A stretch of 64,000 bases of DNA, from positions 1,674,001 to 1,738,000 of the forward strand of contig NC_090332.1 in NCBI RefSeq assembly GCF_035084215.1, in the 5' to 3' direction. The position numbers and the translations under genes were made by a program. The notes beneath the pieces are model-generated. The model saw nothing but the letters and a program-made list of their open reading frames with translations. It was not told where the DNA came from and did not search any database. Shown here in pieces: positions 39,035 to 51,065 of the stretch. The stretch comes from Heptranchias perlo (lineage: Eukaryota). Within the stretch, counting starts at the first letter, position 1, and the number at the start of each line of letters is the position of its first letter.

Positions 39035-41488
39035 CATAGAATCATAGAAAATAGGAGCAAGAGTCGGCCATTCGGCCCTTCGGGCCTGCTCCGCCATTCA
39101 AAATGATCATGGCTGATCGTCTAACTCAGTACCCTGTTCCCGATTTTTCCCCATATCCCTTGATCCCTTTAGCATTGAGAAATATATCTATCTCCTTCTT
39201 GAATACATCTAATGACTTGGCCTCCACTGCCTTCTGTGGTGGAGAATTCCACAGGTCACCACCCTCTGAGTGAAGAAATTTCTCCTCATCTCGGTTCTAA
39301 ATGGCATACCCCATATCCTGAGACTGTGACCCCTGGTTCTGGACTCCCCAGCCATCGGGAACATCCTCCCTGCATCTAGTCTGTCTAGTCCTGTTAGAAT
39401 TTTATATGTTTCGATGAGATCACCTCTCATTCTTCTAAACTCGAGTGAATATAGGCCTAGTCGACCCAATCTCTCCTCATACGTCAGTCCTGCCATCCCA
39501 GGAATCAGTCTGGTAAACCTTCGTTGCACTCCCTCCATGGCAAGGACATCCTTCCTCAGATAAGGAGACCAAAACTGCACACAATACTCCAGATGTGGTC
39601 TCACCAAGGTCCCGTACAACTGCAGTAAGACATCCCTGTTCCTGTACTCAAATCCTCTTGCAATGAAGGCCAACATACCATTCGCCTTCCGAACTGCTTG
39701 CTGCACCTGAATGCTCGCTTTCAGCGACTGGTGTACAAGGACACCCAGGTCTCGTTGCACCTCCCCTTTTCCCAATCTATCACCATTCAGATAATAATCT
39801 GCCTTTCTGTTTTTACAACCAAAGTGGATAACCTCACATTTATCCACGTTATACTGCATCTGCCATGTTCTTGCCCACTCACCCAACTTGTCTAATTCAC
39901 ATTGGAGCCTCTTTGCATCCTCCTCACAGCTCACATTCAACCCCAGCTTTGTGTCGTCTGCAAACTTGGAAATGTTACATTTAGTTCCCTCATCCAAATC
40001 GTTGATATATATTGTGAATAGCTGGGGCCCAAGCACTGATCCCTGCGGTACCCCATTAGTCACTGCCTGCCACCCGGAAAAAGACCCGTTTATTCCTACT
40101 CTCTGTTTCCTGTCTGTCAACCAATTCTCAATCCATGCCAGTATATTCCCCCCAATCCCATGTGCTTTAATTTTGCACACTAACCTCTTGTGTGGGACCT
40201 TATCAAAAGCCTTCTGAAAATCCAAATACACCACATCCACTGGTTCTCCTCGATCTACTCTACTAGTTACCTCCTCAAAAAACTCCAGTAGATTTGTTAA
40301 CCATGATTTCCCTTTCATAAACCCATGCTGACTTTGTCCAATCCCATTAATGCCCTCCAAGTGTTCTGTTATCACATCTTTTATAATAGACTCTAGCATT
40401 TTCCCCACTACTGATGTTAGGCTAACTGGTCTGTAATTCCCTGTTTTTTCTCTCTCTCCTTTTTTAAATAGTGGGGTTACATTTGCCACCCTCCAATCTG
40501 TAGGAACTGTTCCAGAGTCTATAGAATTTTGGAAGATGATCACCAATGCATCCACTATTTCCAGGGCCACTTCCTTTAGTACTCTGGGATGTGGATTATC
40601 AGGCCCTGGGGATTTGTCAGCCTTTAGCCCCATTAATTTCCCTACTACTATTTTTTTACTAATACTGGTTTCCTTCAGTTCCTCCCTCTCACTGGACCCT
40701 TGGTTCCCTAACATTTCTGGGAGGTTATTTGCGTCCTCCTTTGTGAAGACAGAACCAAAGTATTTGTTTAATTGTTCTGCCATTTCTTTGTTCCCCATTA
40801 TAATTTCCCCCATTTCTGACTGTAAGGGACCTACATTTGTCTTCACTAATCTTTTTCTCTTGACATATTTATAGAAGCTTTTACAGTCAGTTTTTATGTT
40901 CCCTGCTAGTTTACTCTCATGCTCTATTTTTCCCCTCTTAATCAATCTCTTTGTCCTCCTTTGCTGAATTCTGAACTGTTCCCAATCCTCAGGCTTGCTG
41001 CTTTTTCTGGCAATTTTATATGTCTCCTCTTTGGATCTAATACTATCCCTAATTTCTTTTGTAAGCCACGGTTGAGCCACCTTTCCTGTTTTATTTTTGC
41101 GCCAGACAGGAATGAATAATTGTTGTAATTCCTGCACACGTTCTTTAAATATTAGCCATTGCCTATCCACCGTCATCCCTTTTAGTAAAGTTCCCCAATC
41201 TATCATAGCCAACTCGCACCTCATACTTTCGTAATTGCCTTTATTTAGATTCAGGACCCTAGTTTCGGATTCAACTACTTCACTCTCCATCTTAATGAGG
41301 AATTCTATCATGTTATGGTCGCTCTTCCCTAAGGGACCCCGCACAACAAGATTGTTGATTAATCCTTTCTCATTGCACAATACCCAGTCTAGGATCGCCT
41401 GTTGTCTAGTTGGTTCCTCAACGTATTGATCTGGAAAACCATCACGTACACACTCCAGGAATTCCTCCCCCACAATATTATTGCTAAT
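39035..41488 (-). mobile_element. Young CR1 LINE with 754-aa open ORF2 segment (end of endonuclease, linker, RT), antisense in intron 5
   Basis: ILDWVL..GKSDHNMI, KSPGPD, NYRPVSLTS, GVPQGSVLGP, KFADDTK; frameshift near 39255; tail at 39035-39050. Confidence 0.97.
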
Positions 41489-41589
41489 ACATGTGGGGAA
41501 AGCAGTGGGATTTTACCATCACTGCCCCAGGGCTATGGAGCAGGGAGCTCAGCTGGTGTCCTTGCTGCTGGTTCTGCAGGAAGTGTGTG

Positions 41590-42022
41590 GACATGGTCCC
41601 AGGGATGAGGGACTTCAGTTGATGTGGAGAGACTGGAGAAGCTGGGATTGTTCTCTTTGGAGCAGAGAAGGTTAAGGGGAGATTTAATAGAGGTGTTCAA
41701 AATCATTAATGGTTTTGATAGAGTAATTAAGGAGAAACTGTTTCCAGTGGCAGAAGGGTCAGTAACCAGAGGACACAGATTTAAGATAATTGGCAAAAGA
41801 ACCGGGGGGGTGGGGGGAAATGGGGAGAGATTTTTTTTGCAATGAGTTGTTCTGATCTGGAATGCGCTGCCTGAAAGGGCGGTGGAAGCAGATTCAATGG
41901 TAATTAGATAAATTTGCAGGGCTGTGGGGAAAGAGCAGGGGAATGGGACTAATTGGATAGCTCTTTCAAAGAGCCAGTGAAGGCACAATGGGCTGAATGG
42001 CCTCTTTCTGTGCTGTATGATT
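41590..42022 (+). mobile_element. CR1 3' fragment
   Basis: RLEKLGLFSLEQRRLRGDLIEVFKII...TRGHRFKIIG. Confidence 0.9.
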
Positions 42023-42403
42023 CAACACCATTGAATGAGTGCAGGGTCTAGCTTGCCACCGAAGCACCATGTGGTTGAATAGCTTGTCATTGCTCACTGA
42101 CTGAGCTTGCATGTGAAGATTGGCCACTGGGCTGATGTAGTGAGAGATGTCCAGTGTCCAGTGTCCAGTGACCAGTGTCCAGTGTCCCTGCTCCCAGCAC
42201 CGTGAGGGGAGGAGACCATCCCAGACCTGGGATCTGTGAAACCTCCTCGAATGGAGCTTTATGAAGCAGTGAGTGTGGCTCACAGACTGAACTGACTGGT
42301 GGGGATTGGGAATGTTTCTCTCCTGCAGTGGAGTTTCCCATGAAATCATTAACCACTGGTCCTGTATTCAAAGTGTTTTTCTTGCTGTTTTGAATTCCTG
42401 CAG

Positions 42404-42662
42404 ACGCATCGACTGTGATCACAGTGACGGAGAGGAAGATTTCTATTACACCGAGATCCAAGTGAGCGGAGACCAGGCCCCGGAGATGCTCGGCAGCCGT
42501 CACTCTGTGTCTCCACCAGCGGTCCTCCATCAGCAGCCAGTCGCAGCCAGTCCGCAGTCCCTCGGCCCACAGGAGTGGACGCCCGATATCCACCTCTCGG
42601 ACACTCTCACTCAGTCCGTCCCCACCTGCCTGTGGCAGGTCTGTGTGGATCACACCTACCAG
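42404..42662 (+). CDS. ZNF395: ZNF395-like coding exon 6 (DHSDGEEDFYYTE...DHTYQ)
   Basis: CCTGCAG|A phase 2; donor CAG|GTGGGT phase 0; EEDFYYTE (conserved region 2) and DHxY motif. Confidence 0.93.
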
Positions 42663-42788
42663 GTGGGTCAAGGAGAGGCTTCAATGAGTTCCAGACTCAC
42701 CACACCAGACACAGGAGACGGAATAAATGTTGTGAAACAACAGAAAGCCATGTTTCTGAGTGTTGTTCACCATAATACTGGCCAATAA

Positions 42789-43533
42789 CTGAGAACACTG
42801 ACCACGTCTCCTGTCCCCGGGTCTGAGCACTGACCATGTCTCCTGTCCCCGGGTCTGAGCGCTGACCATGTCTCCTGTCCCCGGGTCTGAGAACACTGAC
42901 CACGTCTCCTGTCCCCGGGTCTGAGCGCTGACCACGTCTCCTGTCCCCGGGTCTGAGCACTGACCATGTCTCCTGTCCCCGGGTCTGAGCGCTGACCATG
43001 TCTCCTGTCCCCGGGTCTGAGAACACTGACCACGTCTCCTGTCCCCAGGTCTGAGCGCTGACCACGTCTCCTGTCCCCAGGTCTGAGCGCTGACCACGTC
43101 TCCTGTCCCCGGGTCTGAGAACACTGACCATGTCTCCTGTCCCCAGGTCTGAGAACACTGACCACGTCTCCTGTCCCCGGGTCTGAGCGCTGACCACGTC
43201 TCCTGTCCCCGGGTCTGAGAACACTGACCACGTCTCCTGTCCCCGGGTCTGAGCGCTGACCATGTCTCCTGTCCCCAGGTCTGAGAACACTGACCATGTC
43301 TCCTGTCCCCAGGTCTGAGAACACTGACCACGTCTCCTGTTCCCGGGTCTGAGCGCTGACCACGTCTCCTGTCCCCGGGTCTGAGCGCTGACCATGTCTC
43401 CTGTCCCCGGGTCTGAGCGCTGACCATGTCTCCTGTCCCCAGGTCTGAGAACACTGACCACGTCTCCTGTCCCCAGGTCTGAGAACACTGACCACGTCTC
43501 CTGTCCCCGGGTCTGAGCGCTGACCACGTCTCC
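42789..43533. repeat. 32/34-bp minisatellite (CTGAGCGCTGACCACGTCTCCTGTCCCCGGGT)n filling most of intron 6
   Basis: Direct inspection, ~23 copies; the last unit merges into the exon 7 acceptor. Confidence 0.96.
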
Positions 43534-43544
43534 TTCTATTCCAG

Positions 43545-43663
43545 GTCTCTCCAGATTACAGCTGTGCCTTCACGTTTGGAGATTGTCCCCTCCAGCCACA
43601 AGTGAGCTTGTTTAAACCACACATTGTATTTGCTTCAACGCCGCAGATACTCAACGGAGGCAG
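43545..43663 (+). CDS. ZNF395: ZNF395-like coding exon 7 (VSPDYSCAFTFG...ILNGGR)
   Basis: TTCTATTCCAG|GTC phase 0, open frame, donor CAG|GTAAGT phase 2; bridges the exon 6 and exon 8 phases exactly. Confidence 0.85.
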
Positions 43664-43712
43664 GTAAGTGAAGGGGTCGGGGTCTGTGGACTGGGAGATT
43701 TGACCCCGGGGT

Positions 43713-45185
43713 TTTTTAAATTCGTTCACGGGATGTGGGCGTCGCTGGCGAGGCCGGCATTTATTGCCCATCCCTAATTGCCCTTGAGAAGGTGGTGGTG
43801 AGCCGCCTTCTTGAACCGCTGCAGTCCGTGTGGTGAAGGTTCTCCCACAGTGCTGTTAGGAAGGGAGTTCCAGGATTTTGACCCAGCGACAATGAAGGAA
43901 CGGCGATATATTTCCAAGTCGGGATGGTGTGTGACTTGGAGGGGAACGTGCAGGTGGTGTTGTTCCCATGTGCCTGCTGCTCTTGTCCTTCTAGGTGGTA
44001 GAGGTCGCGGGTTTGGGAGGTGCTGTCGAAGAAGCCTTGGCGTGTTGCTGCAGTGCATCCTGTGGATGGTACACACTGCAGCCACAGTGCGCCGGTGGTG
44101 AAGGGAGTGAATGTTTAGGGTGGTGGATGGGGTGTCAATCAAGCGGGCTGCTTTGTCCTGGATGGTGTCGAGCTTCTTGAGTGTTGTTGGAGCTGCACTC
44201 ATCCAAGCAAGTGGAGAGTATTCCATCACACTCCTGACTTGTGCCTTGTGGATGGTGGAAAGGCTTTGGGGAGTCAGGAGGTGAGTCACTCGCCGCAGAA
44301 TACCCAGCCTCTGACCTGCTCTTGTAGCCACAATATTTATATGGCTGGTCCAGTTAAGTTTCTGGTCAATGGTGACCCCCAGGATGTTGATTGTGGGGGA
44401 TTCGGCGATGGTAATGCTGTTGAATGTCAAGGGAGGTGGTTAGACTCTCTCTTGTTGGAGATGGTCATTGCCTGGCACTTGTCTGGTGCAAATGTCACTT
44501 GCCACTTATCAGCCCAAGCCTGGATGTTGTCCAGGTCTTGCTGCATGCGGGCTCGGACTGCTTCATTATCTGAGGGGTTGCGAATGGAACTGAACACTGT
44601 GCAATCATCAGCGAACATCCCCATTTCTGACCTTATGATGGAGGGAAGGTCATTGATGAAGCAGCTGAAGATGGTTGGGCCTAGGACACTGCCCTGAGGA
44701 ACTCCTGCAGCAATGCCCTGGGGCTGAGATGCTTGGCCTCCAACAACCACTACCATCTTCCTTTGTGCCAGGTATGACTCAAGCCACTGGAGAGTTTTCC
44801 CCCTGATTCCCATGGACTTCAATTTTACTAGGGCTCCTTGGTGCCACACTCGGTCAAATGCTGCCTTGATGTCAAGGGCAGTCACTCTCACCTCACCTCT
44901 GGAATTCAGCTCTTTTGTCCATGTTTGGACCAAGGCTGTAATGAGGTCTGGAGCCGAGTGGTCCTGGCGGAACCCAAACTGAGCATTGGTGAGCAGGTTA
45001 TTGGTGAGTAAGTGCCGCTTGATAGCACTGTCGATGACACCTTCCATCACTTTGCTGATGATTGAGAGTGGACTGATGGGGCGGTAATTGGCCGGATTGG
45101 ATTTGTCCTGCTTTTTGTGTTTCAGGACATACCTGGGCAATTTTCCACATTGTCGGGTAGATGCCAGTGTTGTAGCTGTACTGGA
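43713..45185 (-). mobile_element. LINE family B (CR1/Jockey-group RT, ends HHHLLKGN), 5'-truncated, 23-bp TSD, antisense in intron 7
   Basis: NYRPIS, QFGFR, DIKAAFDRVWH, GVPQGSVLGP, FADD; frameshift ~44430; ACTGGGAGATTTGACCCCGGGGT at 43690-43712 and 45186-45208. Confidence 0.95.
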
Positions 45186-45292
45186 ACTGGGAGATTTGAC
45201 CCCGGGGTCTGTAACTGGGAGATTTGACCCACCGCCCCCTTGTCCTTTTCAATGACTGTAAAAGTAACACTCTTGTTTCTCCTGATTGACAG

Positions 45293-45404
45293 GAAGGTCC
45301 GGGGTGAAGCTAAGAAATGTCGTAAAGTGTACGGTGTGGAGAACAGAAGCCAGTGGTGCACGGCCTGTAAATGGAAGAAAGCCTGTCAACGCTTTCATGA
45401 CTGA
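45293..45404 (+). CDS. ZNF395: ZNF395-like terminal coding exon, C-clamp ([36 protein letters not shown])
   Basis: TTGACAG|G phase 2; TGA at 45402-45404. The eight exons sum to 1407 nt = 468 aa + stop. Confidence 0.95.
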
Positions 45405-46336
45405 TGGAGAAACCTGTTGGGGTGAACGGGGGAGATTCCCAGGCCTCAACTTCCTTACATTTATATTCAACAATGTGGGAAGAGGAACTTTCCAGGATTG
45501 GAGCTTCCTTTGGGATTGAGTGGATTGGACCCTCTGCTGGGATCGTTTGTTCCGGGAGCACGGACTGTAATTCGGACCCAGAATCGCAGCGTTCCGTGTC
45601 TTTCCGGAGTCTGTCTGTTGCTGAAATGAACAAAGGGAAGGAACTCTGATTTTCCTGGGCCGGTTACACGCAGTGGGCTTGAAGTGGGGGATTGGATGGA
45701 GCCTCTCCCTCCTCAGTGTCTGTCGACAGCTGCTTGTGTCGTCCCAGAGACCTCGGGCTCCGGGCTACAGTATAAACCCGACCAGCCATCGCTGGAGGGG
45801 GAACGGAGACCTGCAGCGGCCGCAGGACACCGCCAGAGACCGCGCTGGGCCTGGCCGCTGGCTTTCCCTCCACCTCGAGTCTCTCAGCCAAGGCGGCTCC
45901 ATGGATTTCACATCATTTTGGTTCCGATCTACATTTGGAAGTTGGCCCTCTGCTGCCAGCTGTTTTTTTATTAAATGTATTTTTTGGGGAGGGTGGGGGG
46001 GTGTGTGGGGAGAGAACAGAGCTGAAAGGAGGGAACAAGCAGGACTCAAAGTGAGATTTTGACACCTTCCATTGTTATTTCTTTTAGCTCCGATTCTAAG
46101 TGGGGGGAGTGGGCTGTTTCCGTCTGGAGTGGAATTTGACTGAAGGGGGACGGGGGGGGGATTGGGCTGGAGGGGAGTCAGTTATCAGCAGACAATGAAG
46201 TTTAAATTATTTACAGCTGCTGAAAAAGGTGCCTAAAATACACAATAAATAATGTGCTTGATTCGGCCAGAATCTGGGAACAGTGTCACAGATGGTGACA
46301 TCGCTCCACTCCGCCAGCTGGTGAAAAGACAGTCTG

Positions 46337-46584
46337 NNNNNNNNNNNNNNNNNNNNNNNNNNNNNNNNNNNNNNNNNNNNNNNNNNNNNNNNNNNNNNNN
46401 NNNNNNNNNNNNNNNNNNNNNNNNNNNNNNNNNNNNNNNNNNNNNNNNNNNNNNNNNNNNNNNNNNNNNNNNNNNNNNNNNNNNNNNNNNNNNNNNNNNN
46501 NNNNNNNNNNNNNNNNNNNNNNNNNNNNNNNNNNNNNNNNNNNNNNNNNNNNNNNNNNNNNNNNNNNNNNNNNNNNNNNNNNNN
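46337..46584. other. Assembly gap (248 N)
   Basis: Run of N. Confidence 1.
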
Positions 46585-47395
46585 TGGCATCTTCTCACTA
46601 ATTTCTCACCTTCTCCTTGTTTGAATGTAGGAGTTGACCTCTGCCCTTTTGTCCCGGCTTCTCGATTTTAAAGCAGTGTTTGGGAGATCCGTCTCTGGCC
46701 GCCTCCGCTGTTTCACTCAGTGGCAAAGCACGGGGTATTTTTAAAATGTTCTGTGTACATGAGGCACAAGCCAATGCTTTTCCCACAGTGTGAATGAGCA
46801 GGTGCTGAGTGGGAAGCTGCACAAACACACTTCCAGGGTCTTCCTGCCTCTGGTCTCTCCAGCTATGGCCATGCCCACCTGGCATTGCCTGCCCCCAACC
46901 CAAGCTATCCAGCAGAACCCCTCCACCCCGCCCCTCAAACTCCCCCAAACCCAACCCACCCCGCCCCCGCCCATCGCCCCCACTCCCTAAACCTCCCCAA
47001 CTCCCCCACCCCCAAAACCCACCCCACCCCGTCCCTCAAACCCCCCCATTCCCCAAACCCCCGCCCATCGCCCCCATTCCCTAAACCTCCCCACCCCCAC
47101 TCCCCAACCACCCAACCCACTCCCCCGCACCCACTTCCCAACCACCTCCCCCACCCCCAAACCCATCCCTACCCCCCCACTCCCCAAACACCACCCCTCG
47201 CCCCATCCCAAACCATCCAGCAGCCCCCAGTTAGTTGCCTTATGGCCGCTGACCCTGTTTCAGTGACGTTTGGTCACATCTTCACCAGTAGGAGTTTGTT
47301 TAGCTGGCGAGGGGGTGAGGGGTCAGTGGGTGAGACTGGCCGGAGGCCGGAGGATTTGACCACCTCTCTGCCACGTGCTGTAATGTGGTTGTGCC

Positions 47396-47428
47396 GCGCC
47401 CTCTGGTGGTGGTACAGAGTTACTGCAA
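47396..47428 (-). promoter_or_regulatory. CTCF site, core plus upstream module
   Basis: Minus strand TTGCAG-TAACTCTGTACCA-CCACCAGAGGGCGC: consensus core with TGCAG 13 nt upstream. Confidence 0.7.
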
Positions 47429-47870
47429 CATTTCCATCCACTCCGTAACCCTCATGGACCTCAGACAGACAGACTCTGCATTTCTTAGCTCCAAAAGCAG
47501 ACTGTGATCTTGGGACCTGTAGGATTCTCCTAACAATTAATGTGGAATTACACTGCGTGGGCGTAAGACACTCCACTGATCAGGGAGAGGAAGACCTGTG
47601 CTGATAGAAGCCCACCAGTAGTAAAAAGACCAGGGAGCGCATTCCCTCTCATGGATTGTCCTGTCTCTGTATCTAATGCCCACAGTCCTCTGGCTCAGGA
47701 CAGAACTTCATGATGTCCCAGGAAGGGGAGTCTAGACACAGCGTCTGCTTTGAGCCAACGCCAACCAATGGTTTTAAACAGAACAGTTAAAAGGAGCAGT
47801 GAGCGGAGACGCCTCACCTCTGACTGAAGTGGTCACAATTTGAGGTGTGTGTCAGGCCCACGTAGTTTGT

Positions 47871-47876
47871 AATAAA
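47871..47876 (+). terminator. Candidate poly(A) signal of the ZNF395-like gene (alternative at 46244-46249)
   Basis: AATAAA at the GC-rich to AT-rich transition downstream of the stop codon; usage unknown. Confidence 0.35.
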
Positions 47877-48607
47877 AGTTAAAGCTTAAATAATGTATAA
47901 ATGAAATGAAAATATAATCAATGACCATTCTGAATTTGATGAAAATCTCTAAATTAGCAGCAGAATATGAATCGAAATTGTTTTATATTTATATAATAAT
48001 AAATATGGAGGGTGAGAATTTGTGACGTGTGGGTGACTTTAACCATTGCTGATCTGCTAACGGCCGCCCTTGTGGTTGGTGAAAGCAGCTAAAGTGCCTT
48101 TAAAAACCCGCTCATCTGAAACAAGACCTAAAAAGAGGTTCAGGTCACAATCGTCCCTCTAATATCCAGATAGAAATGGTTGAATTAAATGTAGATATTC
48201 GAGTGGATTTACACACTTAGATCCTCGACCCTCACCCAGGGGAAGCAGCTCGACGCTTTCTGCACACCACGGTGCCAATCCCACACCGTCAGCGTCTCAA
48301 ATGGTTTTCTGTCAGACCAGTGCCAGTGTTGGGTTGGTGGGCTCTCCGCACGGGCCTGCTGTGCCCCCTCCCCGCCATTAGTCTGGTGAGACGAGGCCGG
48401 TTCAGAGTCGGAGTCTGGTCGTCACAGGATGCCTGACAGTTTCATTCTGTATATTTCATAAAACTTCACAATTTTAAATAAAAGAAAGTGAAAGATAAAA
48501 ATGTGACAATGTTAAAAATTTACATCGATGAGAAATCCGAGAGCGACAGACCAAACCTGTCAGCGGGTCGGTGGTACCTGGTTTGGAGGAGGGGGGAAGG
48601 GGGTTTA

Positions 48608-48985
48608 TATTCATTCTCGGGATGTGGGCGTCGCTGGTAAGGCCGGCATTTATTGCCTGTCCCGAGTTGCCCTGAGAAGGTGGCGGTGAGCCATCGCCTT
48701 CCTGAATCCCTGGTATTGCGTTGATACGGCTCAGTGTCTTGGTCGGCCATTTCAGAGGGCAGTTAAGAGTCAAGCACTTTGGTGTGGGGACTGGAGTCAC
48801 GTGTAGGCCCAGACCGGGTAAGGACGGCAGGTTTCCATCCCTAAAAGGACATCAGTGAAACAATGTCCAATAGTTTCATGGTCACTTTTACTGAGACCAG
48901 TTCTTTATTTCCAGGTTGTTTTTTAAACTGAATTCAAATCCTGAAACTTCTGTGGTGGGATTTGAACTACGGTTCTTTGGATTAC
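48608..48985 (-). mobile_element. tRNA-type SINE (family of 28605-28968)
   Basis: GGATGTGGGCGTCGCTGGTAAGGCCGGCATTTATTGCC..GGGTAAGGACGGCAGGTTTCC. Confidence 0.85.
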
Positions 48986-49274
48986 AGTCTGTATTCATCT
49001 GATGAATTGCCGATGCAGCTGCTCCTTTGACATATCCGTGAATCTGCTCCGTGACCTCTCGCTCCATCCTCGGGTACTGGGAATTACAGGGGAAATGGGT
49101 ACGAGTGACTCATTTGAGTTCCACCCATTCCATATCTCAGTGTCTTGACAATTCAGTGTGTGGCCGAGACCACTTCCTCTATATTCTTAGCTCAAGTTAC
49201 TCCGTAAGATTCATATTTAAACCACTTTTTTTTTAGAATATAGCAACGGAGGTCCCTCCATTGGTGGAAGGGAG

Positions 49275-49753
49275 CAGCTGCAATACCCAAAAAACTCGGC
49301 ACCATCCAGGACAAAGCAGCCCGCTTGATTGGTACCCCATCCACCACCCTAAACATTCACTCCCTTCACCACCGGCGCACTGTGGCTGCAGTGTGTACCA
49401 TCCACAGGATGCACTGCAGCAACTCGCCAAGGCTTCTTCGACAGCACCTCCCAAACCCGCGACCTCTACCACCTAGAAGGACAAGAGCAGCAGGCACATG
49501 GGAACAACACCACCTGCACGTTCCCCTCCAAGTCACACACCATCCCGACTTGGAAATATATCGCCGTTCCTTCATCGTCGCTGGGTCAAAATCCTGGAAC
49601 TCCCTTCCTAACAGCACTGTGGGAGAACCTTCACCACACGGACTGCAGCGGTTCAAGAAGGCGGCTCACCACCACCTTCTCAAGGGCAATTAGGGACGGG
49701 CAATAAATTCTGGCCTCGCCAGCGACGCCCACATCCTGAGAATGAATTTAAAA
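49275..49753 (+). mobile_element. LINE family B 3' fragment
   Basis: Peptide identical to the C-terminal part of the 61703-62980 ORF; same 3' tail. Confidence 0.94.
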
Positions 49754-49789
49754 ATTCAAATATCCTCCGTGCCATTTCACTCTGCGCAT

Positions 49790-50430
49790 TTGGGTTTCCT
49801 GTACGGGTTCCACTTCCTCACCCTCGTCTCCTGTCTGGACGCACCCTAATCTTCCATTTCACTGTCCAGACATGCCCTGGCGAGTAATCTCACTGTCTGG
49901 CGGGGGAAGGCTCTCTAAGGGGGAGTCCTCCCCTTCACCGTTGGGGATCTGGGGTGGAGAGTGTTGCACAGAGCAGTCACAACCAATATTTTTTAAGCCA
50001 CTTCACGGATTCTCAGGCCACCTGTGATTTTTGCGGCCTGGACGGGTCCGTTTTCCATGTTTACGTGCCATGTGAGAGGTTGCAGGCCCTGTTCCACTAT
50101 TCGAAGGGGCTGATCCTCAATTTCTGGCTGCACTTCAGTCCCACTGTCCTGATCTTTGGCCGCCTGGTGAGGAGGGGGCTGGGTAAGTCGGAGGGACTCC
50201 TTGTGGGTCTGCTCCCTGGGCCTGGCCAAGGTGACCATCTACAGGTCCAGGTTGGATACAGTCCGCGGGGGTGCTCACTCTGGCTGTCTGCCTCTCGTCC
50301 GAATCCTTGTCCGTGCCTCGGTGGCCCTGGAAAGGGAGCACATGGTGTCTGCTGGTGCGCTCGAGGCTTTCTGGGCACCGCAGGGCTGGACTGTGTAGTG
50401 GATACAGGGAATAACATTATGATTTAATTT
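49790..50430 (+). mobile_element. Degraded L1/Tx1-clade LINE 3' end (cysteine-rich domain)
   Basis: CDFCGLDGSVFHVYVPCERLQALF...FSPTVLIFG...GLAKVTIYRSR across a frameshift: CxxC-x7-H-x4-C. Confidence 0.75.
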
Positions 50431-50520
50431 GATAAGTCACCTTTGTCCTTTTTTTTATCATTTGGGTCTACAAACACCAGCAGTCGCTGAATGGAAAGTC
50501 TACCAATTAGTGTCTGTTCT

Positions 50521-50694
50521 CGGAAGACAGCAGCCACTGTCACAGCTTCCTCTTTACGTCATCTTTAATCTGTGTATCACGGAAAGAGGGGACATTAACT
50601 AGCCTCCAGTCAGGTGGGATACATCTCATGTCTCGATGTGATTACCTCACATACAATAAACTGTGTGCATTAGCAGGACTGCTATCCGATTGAG
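50521..50694 (+). promoter_or_regulatory. Candidate promoter of the Ig-like gene (ETS, CRE-like, E-box)
   Basis: CGGAAG 50521, CTTCCTC ~50546, TTACGTCA 50554-50561, CAGGTG 50611, all within 175 nt of the leader ATG; short motifs only. Confidence 0.35.
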
Positions 50695-50746
50695 ATGATC
50701 AGTAAAACCATTTTTGCCGCGACCTTGTCCCTGTGCGTTGCTTTGG
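50695..50746 (+). CDS. Signal-peptide (leader) exon of an IgSF gene: MISKTIFAATLSLCVAL
   Basis: ATG, basic residue, hydrophobic core; 52 nt ending at phase-1 donor G|GTAAGC, compatible with both V exons. Confidence 0.72.
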
Positions 50747-50864
50747 GTAAGCACAAGATTCAGCTCAGTTAGAAGGCATTTGATGTGCTATAAAAAGAAC
50801 CATCATATTCTGTCATTAATGTTATTGGGGTAGGTTTGGGTAAAAGTCTGTACAATAAAGATGT

Positions 50865-51065
50865 GTATTTGGGGTAGATTTAAGTCATCTGCACGTTAAG
50901 GGGTAGAGTTGGGGTGTATGTGGGCTGTTTTTGGGATGCATTTGGGGTTAATTTGGGGTAGATTTGGGGTGTATGTGGGGTGTTTTTGGATGCATTTGGG
51001 GTAGATTTGGGGTGTATTTGGGGTAGATTTGGGGTGTATGTGGGGTGTATTTGGGGTAGATTTGA
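50865..51065. repeat. Degenerate (TTTGGGGTAGA/TGTGGGGTGTA) repeat
   Basis: Direct inspection. Confidence 0.85.

Noticed and set aside
48061-48078. Second CTCF-like sequence (CCACAAGGGCGGCCG, minus strand)
   Set aside because: Spacing is off by one base relative to the core consensus.
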